64,000 bases of DNA from a virus (IMGVR_UViG_3300015214_000033:4604-68603); one strand, 5' to 3'; positions 28,520 to 38,636 are shown, counted from the stretch's first letter. Notes: generated by a model from the sequence alone, not told the origin. Made by a program: numbers and translations.

Positions 28520-28762
28520 ATGAAGATATTAAATGTAGAATATAGAAATTTTGGGTCATATGGAAATAGAACTGTTAAGCTAAAACTTCCAGATGACCCT
28601 GGATTTTGGCTTATACAAGGGAAAAACGGTCACGGCAAATGCGTTATGCCAGACACTAAAATTAAAATTAGTGTCAATAAGACAGAGTTAGAAAAAATTA
28701 ATACTTTTTTGAAAATATATAGATCAAAAAAGGGATTAAATGGCAATGGAAAACTGGAGTAG
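28520..28762 (+). CDS. SbcC/gp46 fragment 1: 40 aa N-extein plus short split IntN (28640-28759)
   Basis: YRNFGSYG...IQGKNGHGK|CVMPDTKIKI...*. Confidence 0.85.
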   Translation: MKILNVEYRNFGSYGNRTVKLKLPDDPGFWLIQGKNGHGKCVMPDTKIKISVNKTELEKINTFLKIYRSKKGLNGNGKLE

Positions 28763-29770
28763 AATATGTCCGGAATGTGGAGATACTATCATATATAAGA
28801 ATAAATATAAAATGAATTCTGATAGTAAAAAAGGCATTCTTTGTAAATTATGTAGAAAAAAATATAGAAAAAAAACATATTCATGTTTTAATAAACTTCA
28901 TTGGATAGATAAAGGGTATTCTGAAAAAGATGCTATAAAAAAGGTATTTGAAATACAATCTAAAATTTCAAAAAAACGAAAACCAGAAACACGTACTGGC
29001 AAAAATTCACCCTTTAAAAAGGAAACATGGATTGCAAAGGGATATTCTGAAGAAGAAGCAATAAAAAAATCAAGAAGCTTTAATAAACTTAATAAAGAGT
29101 ATTGGATTGCAAAGGGATATTCTGAAGAAGAAGCAATAAAAAATATTTCATTATTTCAACAATCGTTGGCTAAAAGGAAAAAAAAGAATGACGATATTCT
29201 ACCAAATCAATATAAATATTGGATAAAGAAAGGATATTCTGAAGAAGAAGCAAAAGCAAAAGTCTGTGAACGTCAATCTACATTTACATTAGAAAAATGT
29301 AAACAAAAATATGGTATAGAAAAAGGAACAATAATTTTTAATGAAAGACAACGTAAATGGAAACAGAAAATTTTCAATAAATACGGTTCAATTGCTAAAT
29401 CTACATCTAGTTATAATATTATGATTGCTGAAACATTGATGATAGAATATCCTAATATTTTATTTGGAAAAGATGAAAAATTCATATATGATAATGTTAA
29501 TGAAAGAGTATATAAATATGATATATGTGATCCTATTTCTAAAAAATAATAGAAATAAATGGAGATTTTTGGCACATGAATCCATATAAATATTCATGTA
29601 CAGATATAAATCCAGTAACAAAAAATATGGCTATCGATATATGGAATTTTGATAAAATTAAAATTCAATGTGCAATAGATCATAATTATACCGTATTAGT
29701 TATATGGGAATCTGATATAGTTAATAATAAAGATAAAATATTAGAAAAATGCAAGAATTTTTTGAAATAG
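28740..29770 (+). CDS. Free-standing Vsr-like homing endonuclease (frameshift at A6 29541-29546)
   Basis: CPECG zinc motif, four WIxKGYSEEEA repeats, and across the shift KIIEINGDFWHMNP...LVIWESD. Confidence 0.75.
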
Positions 29771-31686
29771 AATGTACACTTGAAGAGTTATATGAATATA
29801 ATAAACATGCTAATTCTATATATGATAATAAAATATATGTTAGTACAAAATTTGGAAAAAAATGTATAGAAAATATTGCATATACTGCATATAATGAACC
29901 TACTTTATCAATAAGAACAGAAACAGAAAAAAATATAAAAGTTTCTAATAATCATATTTTATATGATGTTAATGGTATTGAAATTAAATCAAAAGATTTA
30001 GAAATTGGAAATTATATAGAAACTACAGATGGATATGAATTAATAACATATATAGAATCGATTGGTAATTACGATTTAATGGATATACAAGTAGACGATG
30101 TTCATGAATATTACGCTAATGGTATTCGTTCACACAACTCAACAATATCTGATGTTATTAAATTTGCTATTTATGGAAGATTGGAGAAAAAGAAACTTCG
30201 CGATCTTGCAAACCGTTTAAATAAAAATGCATATGTTCATATAGATATGATTACCAAAAAAGGTAAACTTACTATTGAACGAGGTATAGAACCAAGCATA
30301 TTTGATGTTTGGATAAACGATGTAAAATTCGATAAAGCCGGAAAGAAATCTGTTCAAGATTATTTAGAAGAAGAAATTTTAGAGATGCCATTTTATGTAT
30401 TTTCTAATACACTTTCACTTTCAATAAATGATTTTAAGAGTTTTTTGACCATGAATAATCACGATAAGAAAACTATCATTGATAAAATATTTGGCTTACA
30501 AATGTTAAATCAAATGAGAGAACTTATCAAAGGTCAGATCAAAAAGCTTAAAAGTAATATGGATGCTATTGATTCTAGCATCTCTGCATTTGAACATAGT
30601 TTAACTACATCAACCACCGAATTAGAAACACTAGAAGAACAAATTAAACAGGATAAATCTGATAAAATAGTAAAGTTAAATGAACAAAAACTAATTTATG
30701 AAGATGGTTTAAGAAAGTGTTTATCCAATTTAGAAAAAATAGAAGCAAAATATACAGAGATTAGAAAATCAAAAGTATCTGTACAAAATTCTATTTCAGA
30801 TGATAGAAGAAATAAAGCTATTGCACAAGAGAAAATCGATCTATATAAAAACTCAAAATGTCCTGTTTGTGAATCTGATCTTGATACAGATTTTCATACA
30901 ACTATTTTAAAAGAGTATCAAAATGCGTCTATAGAACTTGATGAATCTATGGCTGCTAAAACAGAAACTCTAAATAAGTTAAATGAAAATCTTAAGAAAT
31001 TAGAAAGTCTTAAAACTGATACAGAACGAAATAGAGGCTCTATTAGATCTAAATTAAATTTAACTCAAAGAGAAATTGACGAGTCTAGTGAAACAATAGA
31101 TGACAAACAATTAGGCTCATTGCGTAAGATAATTAAAGATGCTAAAACAAACATCGATACAAATAAGAAAGCACATGTAAATACTCAAAAAGAAGTATCT
31201 TTCTATGGAATCTTGGATGAAATACTTGGAGATAAAGGAGTAAAACAACTCGCAATTAAAACAATTGTTCCACCATTAAATGTGGAAATTGGACGAATTG
31301 TAAAACATCTTGGTGTAGATCATAAAATTATTTTTAATGAAGAGTTTGATGCAAAAATAACTCACTTTGGAATTGAAGTTAGTCCAGAAACACTTAGTAC
31401 AGGTGAAATGAAAAAGGTCGATTTTGCAGTTTTACTTGCTGTTATAAAAATGATGAAGATAAAATATCCATATTTGAATTTGTTATTTTTAGATGAAATA
31501 TTTTCAAGTATTGATGGTGATGGACAGTATTATATTCTAAAGATATTAAGAGAAAGTGTTAAAGATTATGGACTGAATATATTCGTTATCAGCCACTATC
31601 CGTTATCATATTCCGAGTTTGATTATAAAATAGAAGTAACAAAAGCGAATGGCTTTTCGCAAATGGAAATAAAAACCGTAGAATAA
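29749..31686 (+). CDS. SbcC/gp46 fragment 2: long IntC (130 aa, to 30138) plus C-extein
   Basis: VSNNHIL (block B), LMDIQV...YYANGIRSHN|STISD; CPVC zinc hook, LSTGE signature and LFLDE. Confidence 0.9.
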   Translation: MQEFFEIECTLEELYEYNKHANSIYDNKIYVSTKFGKKCIENIAYTAYNEPTLSIRTETEKNIKVSNNHILYDVNGIEIKSKDLEIGNYIETTDGYELITYIESIGNYDLMDIQVDDVHEYYANGIRSHNSTISDVIKFAIYGRLEKKKLRDLANRLNKNAYVHIDMITKKGKLTIERGIEPSIFDVWINDVKFDKAGKKSVQDYLEEEILEMPFYVFSNTLSLSINDFKSFLTMNNHDKKTIIDKIFGLQMLNQMRELIKGQIKKLKSNMDAIDSSISAFEHSLTTSTTELETLEEQIKQDKSDKIVKLNEQKLIYEDGLRKCLSNLEKIEAKYTEIRKSKVSVQNSISDDRRNKAIAQEKIDLYKNSKCPVCESDLDTDFHTTILKEYQNASIELDESMAAKTETLNKLNENLKKLESLKTDTERNRGSIRSKLNLTQREIDESSETIDDKQLGSLRKIIKDAKTNIDTNKKAHVNTQKEVSFYGILDEILGDKGVKQLAIKTIVPPLNVEIGRIVKHLGVDHKIIFNEEFDAKITHFGIEVSPETLSTGEMKKVDFAVLLAVIKMMKIKYPYLNLLFLDEIFSSIDGDGQYYILKILRESVKDYGLNIFVISHYPLSYSEFDYKIEVTKANGFSQMEIKTVE

Positions 31687-31808
31687 TGGCAAATATTGAA
31701 AAATAGTATATTGAACAATGAAGAGTTAATAGATAAGAGAATAAAAATTTAATCGCGGATTTAGAGATTAGACAAATTAAATCAAAAGTAATAGATAGAT
31801 CAACACTA

Positions 31809-32210
31809 ATGCAGTTTACAATAGAAGACATAAAAGACAAAGATCGATTAGAACAAATGATTAAAAAGGAAGCTCTTTCTATTTTTAATTCAAAAAAAGC
31901 TAATGAAGCAAGAAGTTTAGACGATATTGAGTTTACTGTGCGTCAAGGTAAAATTGCTGAATTGTATTTGATAGAAAATTGTGGGTACAAAGAAGCAGAT
32001 AAAAGATGGCATGATTTGATAGATTCTCGAGGAAACTATATTGAAGTAAAAGCATACACTTTTAACGGAAGAGTTTTGGCTAAAAACACTCCTTTTGTGC
32101 AAAGAGATTTACATCGGTTAAGGAACGCAACTTGGAATGATTCTAAATGGTATATTTTGTTTAGATATGAAGATGGAATATATACATTGTTAGAAAAAAT
32201 CCAAATTTAA
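31809..32210 (+). CDS. Hypothetical protein, possibly PD-(D/E)XK-like
   Basis: GKIAELYL...HDLID...IEVKA. Confidence 0.45.
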   Translation: MQFTIEDIKDKDRLEQMIKKEALSIFNSKKANEARSLDDIEFTVRQGKIAELYLIENCGYKEADKRWHDLIDSRGNYIEVKAYTFNGRVLAKNTPFVQRDLHRLRNATWNDSKWYILFRYEDGIYTLLEKIQI

Positions 32211-32213
32211 TAG

Positions 32214-32390
32214 ATGAAGAAGAAACAGAGTGCAGAAGAACTTCGTGAAAGACAGCGAAAATATTACGAAAAGAATAGAGAAAAGTGGAACAAATACCAA
32301 AGGGAGTATAAAAAGAAAAGGTATGAAGAAGATTTAGAATATCGAGAAAAGACAAAGACATACCAGAAAAATTATATGAAAAACATATAA
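32214..32390 (+). CDS. Small basic helical protein (58 aa)
   Basis: Read manually: MKKKQSAEELRERQRKYYEKNREKWNKYQREY...*. Confidence 0.45.
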   Translation: MKKKQSAEELRERQRKYYEKNREKWNKYQREYKKKRYEEDLEYREKTKTYQKNYMKNI

Positions 32391-32409
32391 TAAAAAAGCA
32401 ACAACACAG

Positions 32410-33966
32410 ATGAGATTTAATGAACTAAATGATTCTGATATAGAATACATCAGAAAGATCTATTTTGATACTTCTATTAAGTGGGAAGATCGAATGACTC
32501 AATTGGCTACATTTATTGGAAAGAGTAGAAGAACTGTTTCTAATTGGTTAAAACAATTGAATATGACAGAAACATCCGAAGTTAAATCGGAACAATTTGA
32601 AGAAGCTAAATCAAAACAGTTAGATAAAACAAAAAAACGTTTTATCATAACATGGGCTCAAAACAATACTCCAGTACACAAGAAATTTTTAGCCAATATT
32701 GAAGCATATGCAGATTTTATTAATGCTGAAATTTCAGTAATTGCTGGAAGATATCGTAATCCAACTTCTTTAGTTCAATCTAGATCAATTAAAGAATCGT
32801 GGAAAGATGAATTACTTCCATATTTAGATGCAAATAGACATTACATTCATAAGTTTGTTTCTATTATGGCAGATATCAAAATACAGCCTACTGCTACAAA
32901 TCCAATGACAGGACTACGAGGAATGAGTGGTTTAAATTCATGTATTATTGGTTCACCTAAAGTACACATGGAAGTTGTTCCAGTTTTGGATAGTTCTAGA
33001 CCAAAAATAATGATGACTACAGGAGCAGTTACAAATAAAAATTATACAGACTCTACATCTGGTAAAAAGGGAGAATTTCACCATACATTTGGATTTGTTA
33101 TTGTTGAAATTGATGGTGATGACAGATTTTATGCTCGCCAAATAACTGCAAATACAAATGGAGATTTTACTGATTTATTTTATAAAGTAAAAGATAGACA
33201 AATCATTCCAAATAATAAGATTGAAGCAATTATTTTGGGTGATGTACATGTTGGTGATACTGATCCAGTAGTACTTCGAACTACAAAGGAATTAATGTCA
33301 AAATTAAAACCTAAATATACAGTGCTCCATGATTTATTTAACGGTTCATCTATTAATCATCATGAAGCAGATAATCCCATTATTCAATATCGTAAAGAGA
33401 TAACAAATGCGAATTCTTTAAAGACTGAAATTGATAATATGTTGGAATGGATTGATTCTATGAAACAATATAATTTAGTAGTAGTTAGAAGTAATCATGA
33501 TGATTTTCTTGATAGATGGATTTTAAAAGCAGATTGGAAAAAAGATGTGAAGAATTCATTAGAATACATGACATACACTAAATTACTTTTAGAAAATAAA
33601 GCACCAAAAGGACTTATTCCATACATTATTGATCAGAAATTTCCAGACGTTAAGACATTGGGAATTGATGAAAGTTTTAAAGTTAAAAATTGGGAACTTG
33701 GTGCACATGGCGATTTGGGTTCTAATGGAAGTCGTAGTTCAATTCTTCAATATAGACAATTAAGTAGCAAAATTATTGTTGGACATTATCATTCTCCACA
33801 ACGTAAAGATGGTGCACTTTCAGTAGGAACATCTACAAAATTACGTATTGGTTACAATAAAGGTGCAAGTAGTTGGATGAACTCTCATGTTATCATACAT
33901 GAAGACGGAAAAGCACAACATATAAACATTATCGATGGAAAATATACTACATTAGATGTCATCTAA
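32410..33966 (+). CDS. N-terminal HTH plus calcineurin-like metallophosphoesterase
   Basis: GKSRRTVSNWLK (HTH); GDVHVG, HDLFNG, SNHDD, HGD and GHYHSP. Confidence 0.7.
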   Translation: MRFNELNDSDIEYIRKIYFDTSIKWEDRMTQLATFIGKSRRTVSNWLKQLNMTETSEVKSEQFEEAKSKQLDKTKKRFIITWAQNNTPVHKKFLANIEAYADFINAEISVIAGRYRNPTSLVQSRSIKESWKDELLPYLDANRHYIHKFVSIMADIKIQPTATNPMTGLRGMSGLNSCIIGSPKVHMEVVPVLDSSRPKIMMTTGAVTNKNYTDSTSGKKGEFHHTFGFVIVEIDGDDRFYARQITANTNGDFTDLFYKVKDRQIIPNNKIEAIILGDVHVGDTDPVVLRTTKELMSKLKPKYTVLHDLFNGSSINHHEADNPIIQYRKEITNANSLKTEIDNMLEWIDSMKQYNLVVVRSNHDDFLDRWILKADWKKDVKNSLEYMTYTKLLLENKAPKGLIPYIIDQKFPDVKTLGIDESFKVKNWELGAHGDLGSNGSRSSILQYRQLSSKIIVGHYHSPQRKDGALSVGTSTKLRIGYNKGASSWMNSHVIIHEDGKAQHINIIDGKYTTLDVI

Positions 33967-33981
33967 ACATCAAATATAACA

Positions 33982-33990
33982 GATATATAA
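33982..33990 (+). promoter_or_regulatory. GATATATAA putative late promoter
   Basis: Immediately upstream of the gp15-like ATG at 33993. Confidence 0.6.
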
Positions 33991-33992
33991 AC

Positions 33993-34745
33993 ATGGCATT
34001 TAATCACAAGTATAATTCAGATGATGTAATAATTAGAGCAGCTATTGTTGGTCTAGTTAAAGAACTGAATAATAAGATAAATTTTGAAAATGTATGGGAT
34101 GATGATACGCGTGAAACTGTACAAGTCCCATTTTATTATTCAATGTCAGGAGATGAACGTTTCTTACAAGACGCATATGACAATTGGAATGATTGTTATC
34201 CTGATTTCATAGAAGGAAACACTGATCCTATTCCAAGAGGTCATATTCAATTAAATGGTGTTTCTATTGCGAGTGCAGAACTTACTAGCAGATATGTTAG
34301 AGGATATTATACAAAAGAAATTGATGGTGAGTTAAAACGGTTTAATTCGTATATAAATTCTATTCCACTTTCAATAGGTTTTACTTCTGAAATTTTATGT
34401 GATACGAGTATAGATTCATTTAAAATTGCCCAATCATTAATCCAGGAATTGTATAGAACATTAGTATTCAATGTTAATTTTAAAGGATTTAGAGTACCTA
34501 CACAAGCAGGATTCCCTGATAACTACAATATTGAAAAACTTTTTGAATTTACTTATGGAAATGAAGAACGTATAAAATTAACATTTGATATAGAGTTAAT
34601 GACATACTTACCTATTCCAGATCAAAAACAAGAGTTTTTTGCTGGAAATAGAATTGAACATTTTAGAACTACTATCAATAATGAATCATCAATAATTGGA
34701 CCTACAGCAGGTTTAACTGCACCTCCAGGCATCATCGGCATTTAA
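33993..34745 (+). CDS. Tail terminator / sheath stabilizer (gp15-like)
   Basis: VIIRAAIVGL...QVPFYYS...RFL, PIPRGHIQLNG and PLSIGFTSEI. Confidence 0.65.
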   Translation: MAFNHKYNSDDVIIRAAIVGLVKELNNKINFENVWDDDTRETVQVPFYYSMSGDERFLQDAYDNWNDCYPDFIEGNTDPIPRGHIQLNGVSIASAELTSRYVRGYYTKEIDGELKRFNSYINSIPLSIGFTSEILCDTSIDSFKIAQSLIQELYRTLVFNVNFKGFRVPTQAGFPDNYNIEKLFEFTYGNEERIKLTFDIELMTYLPIPDQKQEFFAGNRIEHFRTTINNESSIIGPTAGLTAPPGIIGI

Positions 34746-34774
34746 ACTTTCAAAGAATTGTTGATTCAAACATA

Positions 34775-34783
34775 GATATATAA
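34775..34783 (+). promoter_or_regulatory. GATATATAA putative late promoter
   Basis: 21 nt upstream of the ATG at 34805. Confidence 0.6.
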
Positions 34784-34804
34784 GAAAAATTAAACTTAAT
34801 TAAC

Positions 34805-36553
34805 ATGTTAAATTTAAAAAAGAGAATAAAATTTTTACAAGAAAATACTTCTTCTATTGAAGCTAAAGAAGTTTGTAAAGAAGTTTCTGAAAACTTTTTA
34901 AACATTTCAGATGCGCAACTATCAGAAGTTCTATTAGAAAAATTAGAAAAAATAGAAGATTCAGATAAATATGTTGAGAAGTTCATCATGGTAACTAAAA
35001 AAGTTAATGATGTGACTAACATTGGAATAACAGAAGGATTAAAATCATTAGGTGGATGTAAATATTTAGCTGTTGAAGATGTTAAAGAATCTACAATCAA
35101 ACATCCAGCTCTTTCATACACTTTAAGCAAAATAGAAGCTGCGATAGTTATGGAGAAAACTCCAGAATACATGTTAGTTGATTCAATGTTGGAAGCTATT
35201 AAACCTTTCACTTGGGACCCTGCAGTTGGAAAAATCTTTACTTCTATTAAAGAAAAAGCTGAATCTTTACATGAAAGTATTATTGTTGCAAGAAACATCT
35301 ATACTATGAGTAGAATGAAAGGTTCATTTATATATGAAGGAATTGTTGCAAAATTGGAAGAACACTTTGTTAATCCAACCAAAGCATCAAGAAGTAATAT
35401 TATTTCAGATCTTTCAAAATTGAATTTCACAAAAGAATCTAAATTACTTGCTGAAAGCTTGAAGAAAATTCATGCTGCTGAAGGTGGAATCCAATTAATT
35501 GCAGAAAATGGAAAATGTGAACTTAGTTCAGTATACTCTCCAGTTGTATTACATGAAGGCAAAGAAATAATTTATGTCAAAGGTAATTTTTATGCAAAAG
35601 AAGGAGATAAAGTTTCACAAGTAGTTGAAACTAAAACATTACCAGCAGAATTCTTAGAATTATGTAGAATTGTTTCTTCCCCAAATGTTATAATTAAAGA
35701 AGGCAAAATATCGTTCTTTGTTGATAAAAATAAAGTTGAAATATCAGAAAATGATAACGTTGTAAATGTTTTATTTAATGGTAGCAAAGTTCCTACTACT
35801 GATATTGCTAAACACATGGTTTCAGCAGGTTTCTTTAGAATGAATGAAGCACAAGTTGCATATGATGTTCAAAAAATTACCGAATCTTTTAGAAACATTT
35901 ATGAAATCGATTTTGCTAAAATGATTTCTTCTAGAGTTTATGAAGGAAATTATGTAACAATAATGAAAACTGATGATAATATCAGTATAGCAAAAATTGA
36001 TGAATCACAAAGATCAAATGAATTTTTCACAGACTTAAATGCATCACAGGCTCGTAAAATCGTATTAGAATATCTTGGGTATGACATTAAAGAATCATTA
36101 CAAGAATATTTAGAAAAAGATGAAAAAGAAGTATTGGCATTAAATGTTGAAAAAGTTGAAATTTCTAAAAACATTGAAATTGTTGAAGCACAAGTTGCTA
36201 AAATTGAAGATGCTGAAAGGGATGTAGTAATTAGAGATAACAATGAAATAAAAGAACTTAAACAAGTTCTTAAAGATGAATTATCAGGTCTTAAAGATCA
36301 GTATAGAGATATTATCAAAAAGATCAGAACATTTGAAAGTACTTCATCGGAAGCTGGATATGAGGCTAATGAACAAGTTAAAATTATTGAAACTGGAGAA
36401 TTGGCAACAATTTCATCAATAAATTCATCTAGAAATTCAGTTGTAGTAGTAACATCTAGTGGTAAATCAATTGAAATGCCAACAAATAAAATATGTTCAA
36501 TTGAAGATGACATCGAAATAGCAACTAAAGATTCCGACAAAAAAAAACAATAG
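34805..36553 (+). CDS. Large late coiled-coil protein (putative head/core component); continues by -1 shift at A9 36539-36547 into 36646-37068
   Basis: Repeated xxES motifs (IKES, LHES, LAES, ITES, TFES); the -1 frame is open from the A run to 37068. Confidence 0.55.
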   Translation: MLNLKKRIKFLQENTSSIEAKEVCKEVSENFLNISDAQLSEVLLEKLEKIEDSDKYVEKFIMVTKKVNDVTNIGITEGLKSLGGCKYLAVEDVKESTIKHPALSYTLSKIEAAIVMEKTPEYMLVDSMLEAIKPFTWDPAVGKIFTSIKEKAESLHESIIVARNIYTMSRMKGSFIYEGIVAKLEEHFVNPTKASRSNIISDLSKLNFTKESKLLAESLKKIHAAEGGIQLIAENGKCELSSVYSPVVLHEGKEIIYVKGNFYAKEGDKVSQVVETKTLPAEFLELCRIVSSPNVIIKEGKISFFVDKNKVEISENDNVVNVLFNGSKVPTTDIAKHMVSAGFFRMNEAQVAYDVQKITESFRNIYEIDFAKMISSRVYEGNYVTIMKTDDNISIAKIDESQRSNEFFTDLNASQARKIVLEYLGYDIKESLQEYLEKDEKEVLALNVEKVEISKNIEIVEAQVAKIEDAERDVVIRDNNEIKELKQVLKDELSGLKDQYRDIIKKIRTFESTSSEAGYEANEQVKIIETGELATISSINSSRNSVVVVTSSGKSIEMPTNKICSIEDDIEIATKDSDKKKQ

Positions 36554-36645
36554 TTGAAAGTAAAGATGAACCTGAATTAACAAACGTTAATCCAGAGTAC
36601 GTTAAAGCAATTATTTCAAAAGATTCTGATGAAGCATTAGCTGGC

Positions 36646-37068
36646 ATGGAAGTAGAAGTTAATGCTGAAGAATTTGCATCAAAAGGAGAAAATGATCTTA
36701 TATCTGTTAAAATAAAAGGTCGGGATGAACCAGTTTTAATCGAAAAGAGATTTATTAGTGTTGATATTCTTAGTAAAGATGACGATAAATCAACACAATT
36801 AAATGATGAAGAAGAAGGTTTAGAAGAAGGTTTAGAAGAATTAGTAATTAAAAATGAAGATCCATCAAGTTTAGAAGATATTGAAGCAAAACAACCTGAA
36901 AAAAGGCTACAATGGATTATAAAAATTGAAGGAAAATTAGAAAAAGCTATTAGTAATTTGACCGATGTTAAAGAAGAATTTGAAGAAGCAGCAAAATCTA
37001 CAGATATTATTGAAGCAGTTATAAATTCAGTAAAAGGTTTATTAGATTCAGTAAAAACTAAAGACTAA
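36646..37068 (+). CDS. Acidic C-terminal continuation of the 34805 ORF
   Basis: The frame is open back to the A9 run (TIVESKDEPEL...). Confidence 0.5.
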   Translation: MEVEVNAEEFASKGENDLISVKIKGRDEPVLIEKRFISVDILSKDDDKSTQLNDEEEGLEEGLEELVIKNEDPSSLEDIEAKQPEKRLQWIIKIEGKLEKAISNLTDVKEEFEEAAKSTDIIEAVINSVKGLLDSVKTKD

Positions 37069-37087
37069 CATATTTATTTACTTATCG

Positions 37088-37118
37088 AAAAAGGTTTGAG
37101 ATTTTCTTGAACCTTTTT
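37088..37118 (+). terminator. Rho-independent terminator (bidirectional-type)
   Basis: AAAAAGGTTTGAG-ATTTT-CTTGAACCTTTTT. Confidence 0.7.
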
Positions 37119-37133
37119 CTTGTTTAGATATAA
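37108..37133 (+). promoter_or_regulatory. TGAAC-N16-TATAA putative promoter for the gp55-like gene
   Basis: Exact motif and spacing, overlapping the terminator. Confidence 0.5.
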
Positions 37134-37155
37134 TAGTAAAATAACCACTCATAGA

Positions 37156-37503
37156 ATGGCTAAATATGTTAGTAATAAAGAATTACTTAAAGAAATTATT
37201 GAATCTAAAGAGCAAAGAGAATTAACTCCAAGAGCTATTGAGTTACTGTCAAAAATGATAGAAGAAATTTCTAAAGTTTTTAAATATAGAGCAGAAGAAG
37301 ATAGAGTAGATTGTCAAGCATTTGCAATGGAAGATGTTATAAAATATTGGGATAGATTCAACCCTGAAAAATCATCAAACGCATTTTCTTATTTCACACA
37401 ACTCATCAAAAACGGTTCAGCAAAAGGATGGAGACGTTTATATCCAATAAAATCATCAATGATGATCTCACTTTCAGGAGAACATGGAATATATAATATA
37501 TGA
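37156..37503 (+). CDS. Late-transcription sigma factor (gp55-like), minimal 115 aa
   Basis: YVSNKELL...RFNPEKSSNAFSYFTQLI matches the gp55 pattern FDPEKSxNPFAYFTQII. Confidence 0.8.
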   Translation: MAKYVSNKELLKEIIESKEQRELTPRAIELLSKMIEEISKVFKYRAEEDRVDCQAFAMEDVIKYWDRFNPEKSSNAFSYFTQLIKNGSAKGWRRLYPIKSSMMISLSGEHGIYNI

Positions 37504-37994
37504 AAAGAAGATTAAACATAAAAGATTTAGCTCCTAGAAAAGATAGTCCATATCAACAAGGATATTATAAGTTGATAAATCCAGTTAAATATTATGGCGA
37601 TCCTACAAAAATTATATTTAGAAGTAGTTGGGAAAAACGATTTGCATTATATTGTGATGTAAATGATCGAGTGCTTGCATGGTCATCTGAACCATTTGAA
37701 ATTCAATACCTTCACCCTATAGATAACGTAATGAAACCATATAACATAGATTTTTATGTTAAATTAGATATAGGTGAAGGTTCTTATGCTGAATATATTG
37801 TCGAAGTAAAACCAGAAAAGCAATTAAAAAAACCTAATAAACCAGTTGGAAGAATGACTGAGAAAAAAATATTGGGTTATAATGCAGCATTAAAAACATT
37901 TTTGATTAACGCTTCAAAATTTGCCGCTGCAAAATCATATGCAGAAGGTAGAGGATGGCAATTTATAATTGCAACAGAAAAATTTATAATGTAA
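37500..37994 (+). CDS. Head completion nuclease (gp4-like)
   Basis: GYYKLINPVKYYGDPTKIIFRSSWE...WSSE...EVKP. Confidence 0.88.
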   Translation: MKRRLNIKDLAPRKDSPYQQGYYKLINPVKYYGDPTKIIFRSSWEKRFALYCDVNDRVLAWSSEPFEIQYLHPIDNVMKPYNIDFYVKLDIGEGSYAEYIVEVKPEKQLKKPNKPVGRMTEKKILGYNAALKTFLINASKFAAAKSYAEGRGWQFIIATEKFIM

Positions 37995-38635
37995 TGAAAC
38001 CATCCAAAGTTTGGCAAGAAAATAGATTCAGAATAGATTTACGTCAAGAAACACGTAAATTTGAAAAGAGATTTAAACTTAAATCTAAATCAGTCATTGA
38101 ACCTGGAAAAGTGTACGCAATGAGATACTTACCAGATAATAATATTATAACTGATAAATTTCACATCACTCCTGTAATTTTAGCACTTGGACATTATGTT
38201 AATGATGGTCGTATATATGTGAAAGGAATAAACATATTTTATCTTAGCACACAACATGCTTTAAATGTGCTTGAGGACGCCTTTTTATCAATTACCAAGA
38301 AACCTATTACAAGAAATTTACACATTAATACAATTCATGATAAATATATAAACACGTTAGATTATAATTATAAGAATTTTGATGTTGACAGAATAGTTTC
38401 ATATTCTGAAATTGAACCTGAGATTTGGGGCCTTATTCCTCTTTTACATAAAAATCTTTTCGGGAACTTTAACATAGAAGCACTTATAAAAGATTATAAA
38501 AAAGAAAATAAAGTGGTAAAAAAACAACCTCGAAAAATAAAAAAAGAAACTAAATCAGAAACCAAAGGAGAAACTGTATCTGAAGTAATAACTAATGAAC
38601 AACCTTTGACGATGAGAGAAGTTTTTGAAGATTAA
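37994..38635 (+). CDS. DNA end protector (gp2-like), tentative
   Basis: PGKVYAMRY...PVILALG...GINIFYL; position between gp4 and portal. Confidence 0.5.
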   Translation: MKPSKVWQENRFRIDLRQETRKFEKRFKLKSKSVIEPGKVYAMRYLPDNNIITDKFHITPVILALGHYVNDGRIYVKGINIFYLSTQHALNVLEDAFLSITKKPITRNLHINTIHDKYINTLDYNYKNFDVDRIVSYSEIEPEIWGLIPLLHKNLFGNFNIEALIKDYKKENKVVKKQPRKIKKETKSETKGETVSEVITNEQPLTMREVFED

Positions 38636-38636
38636 T

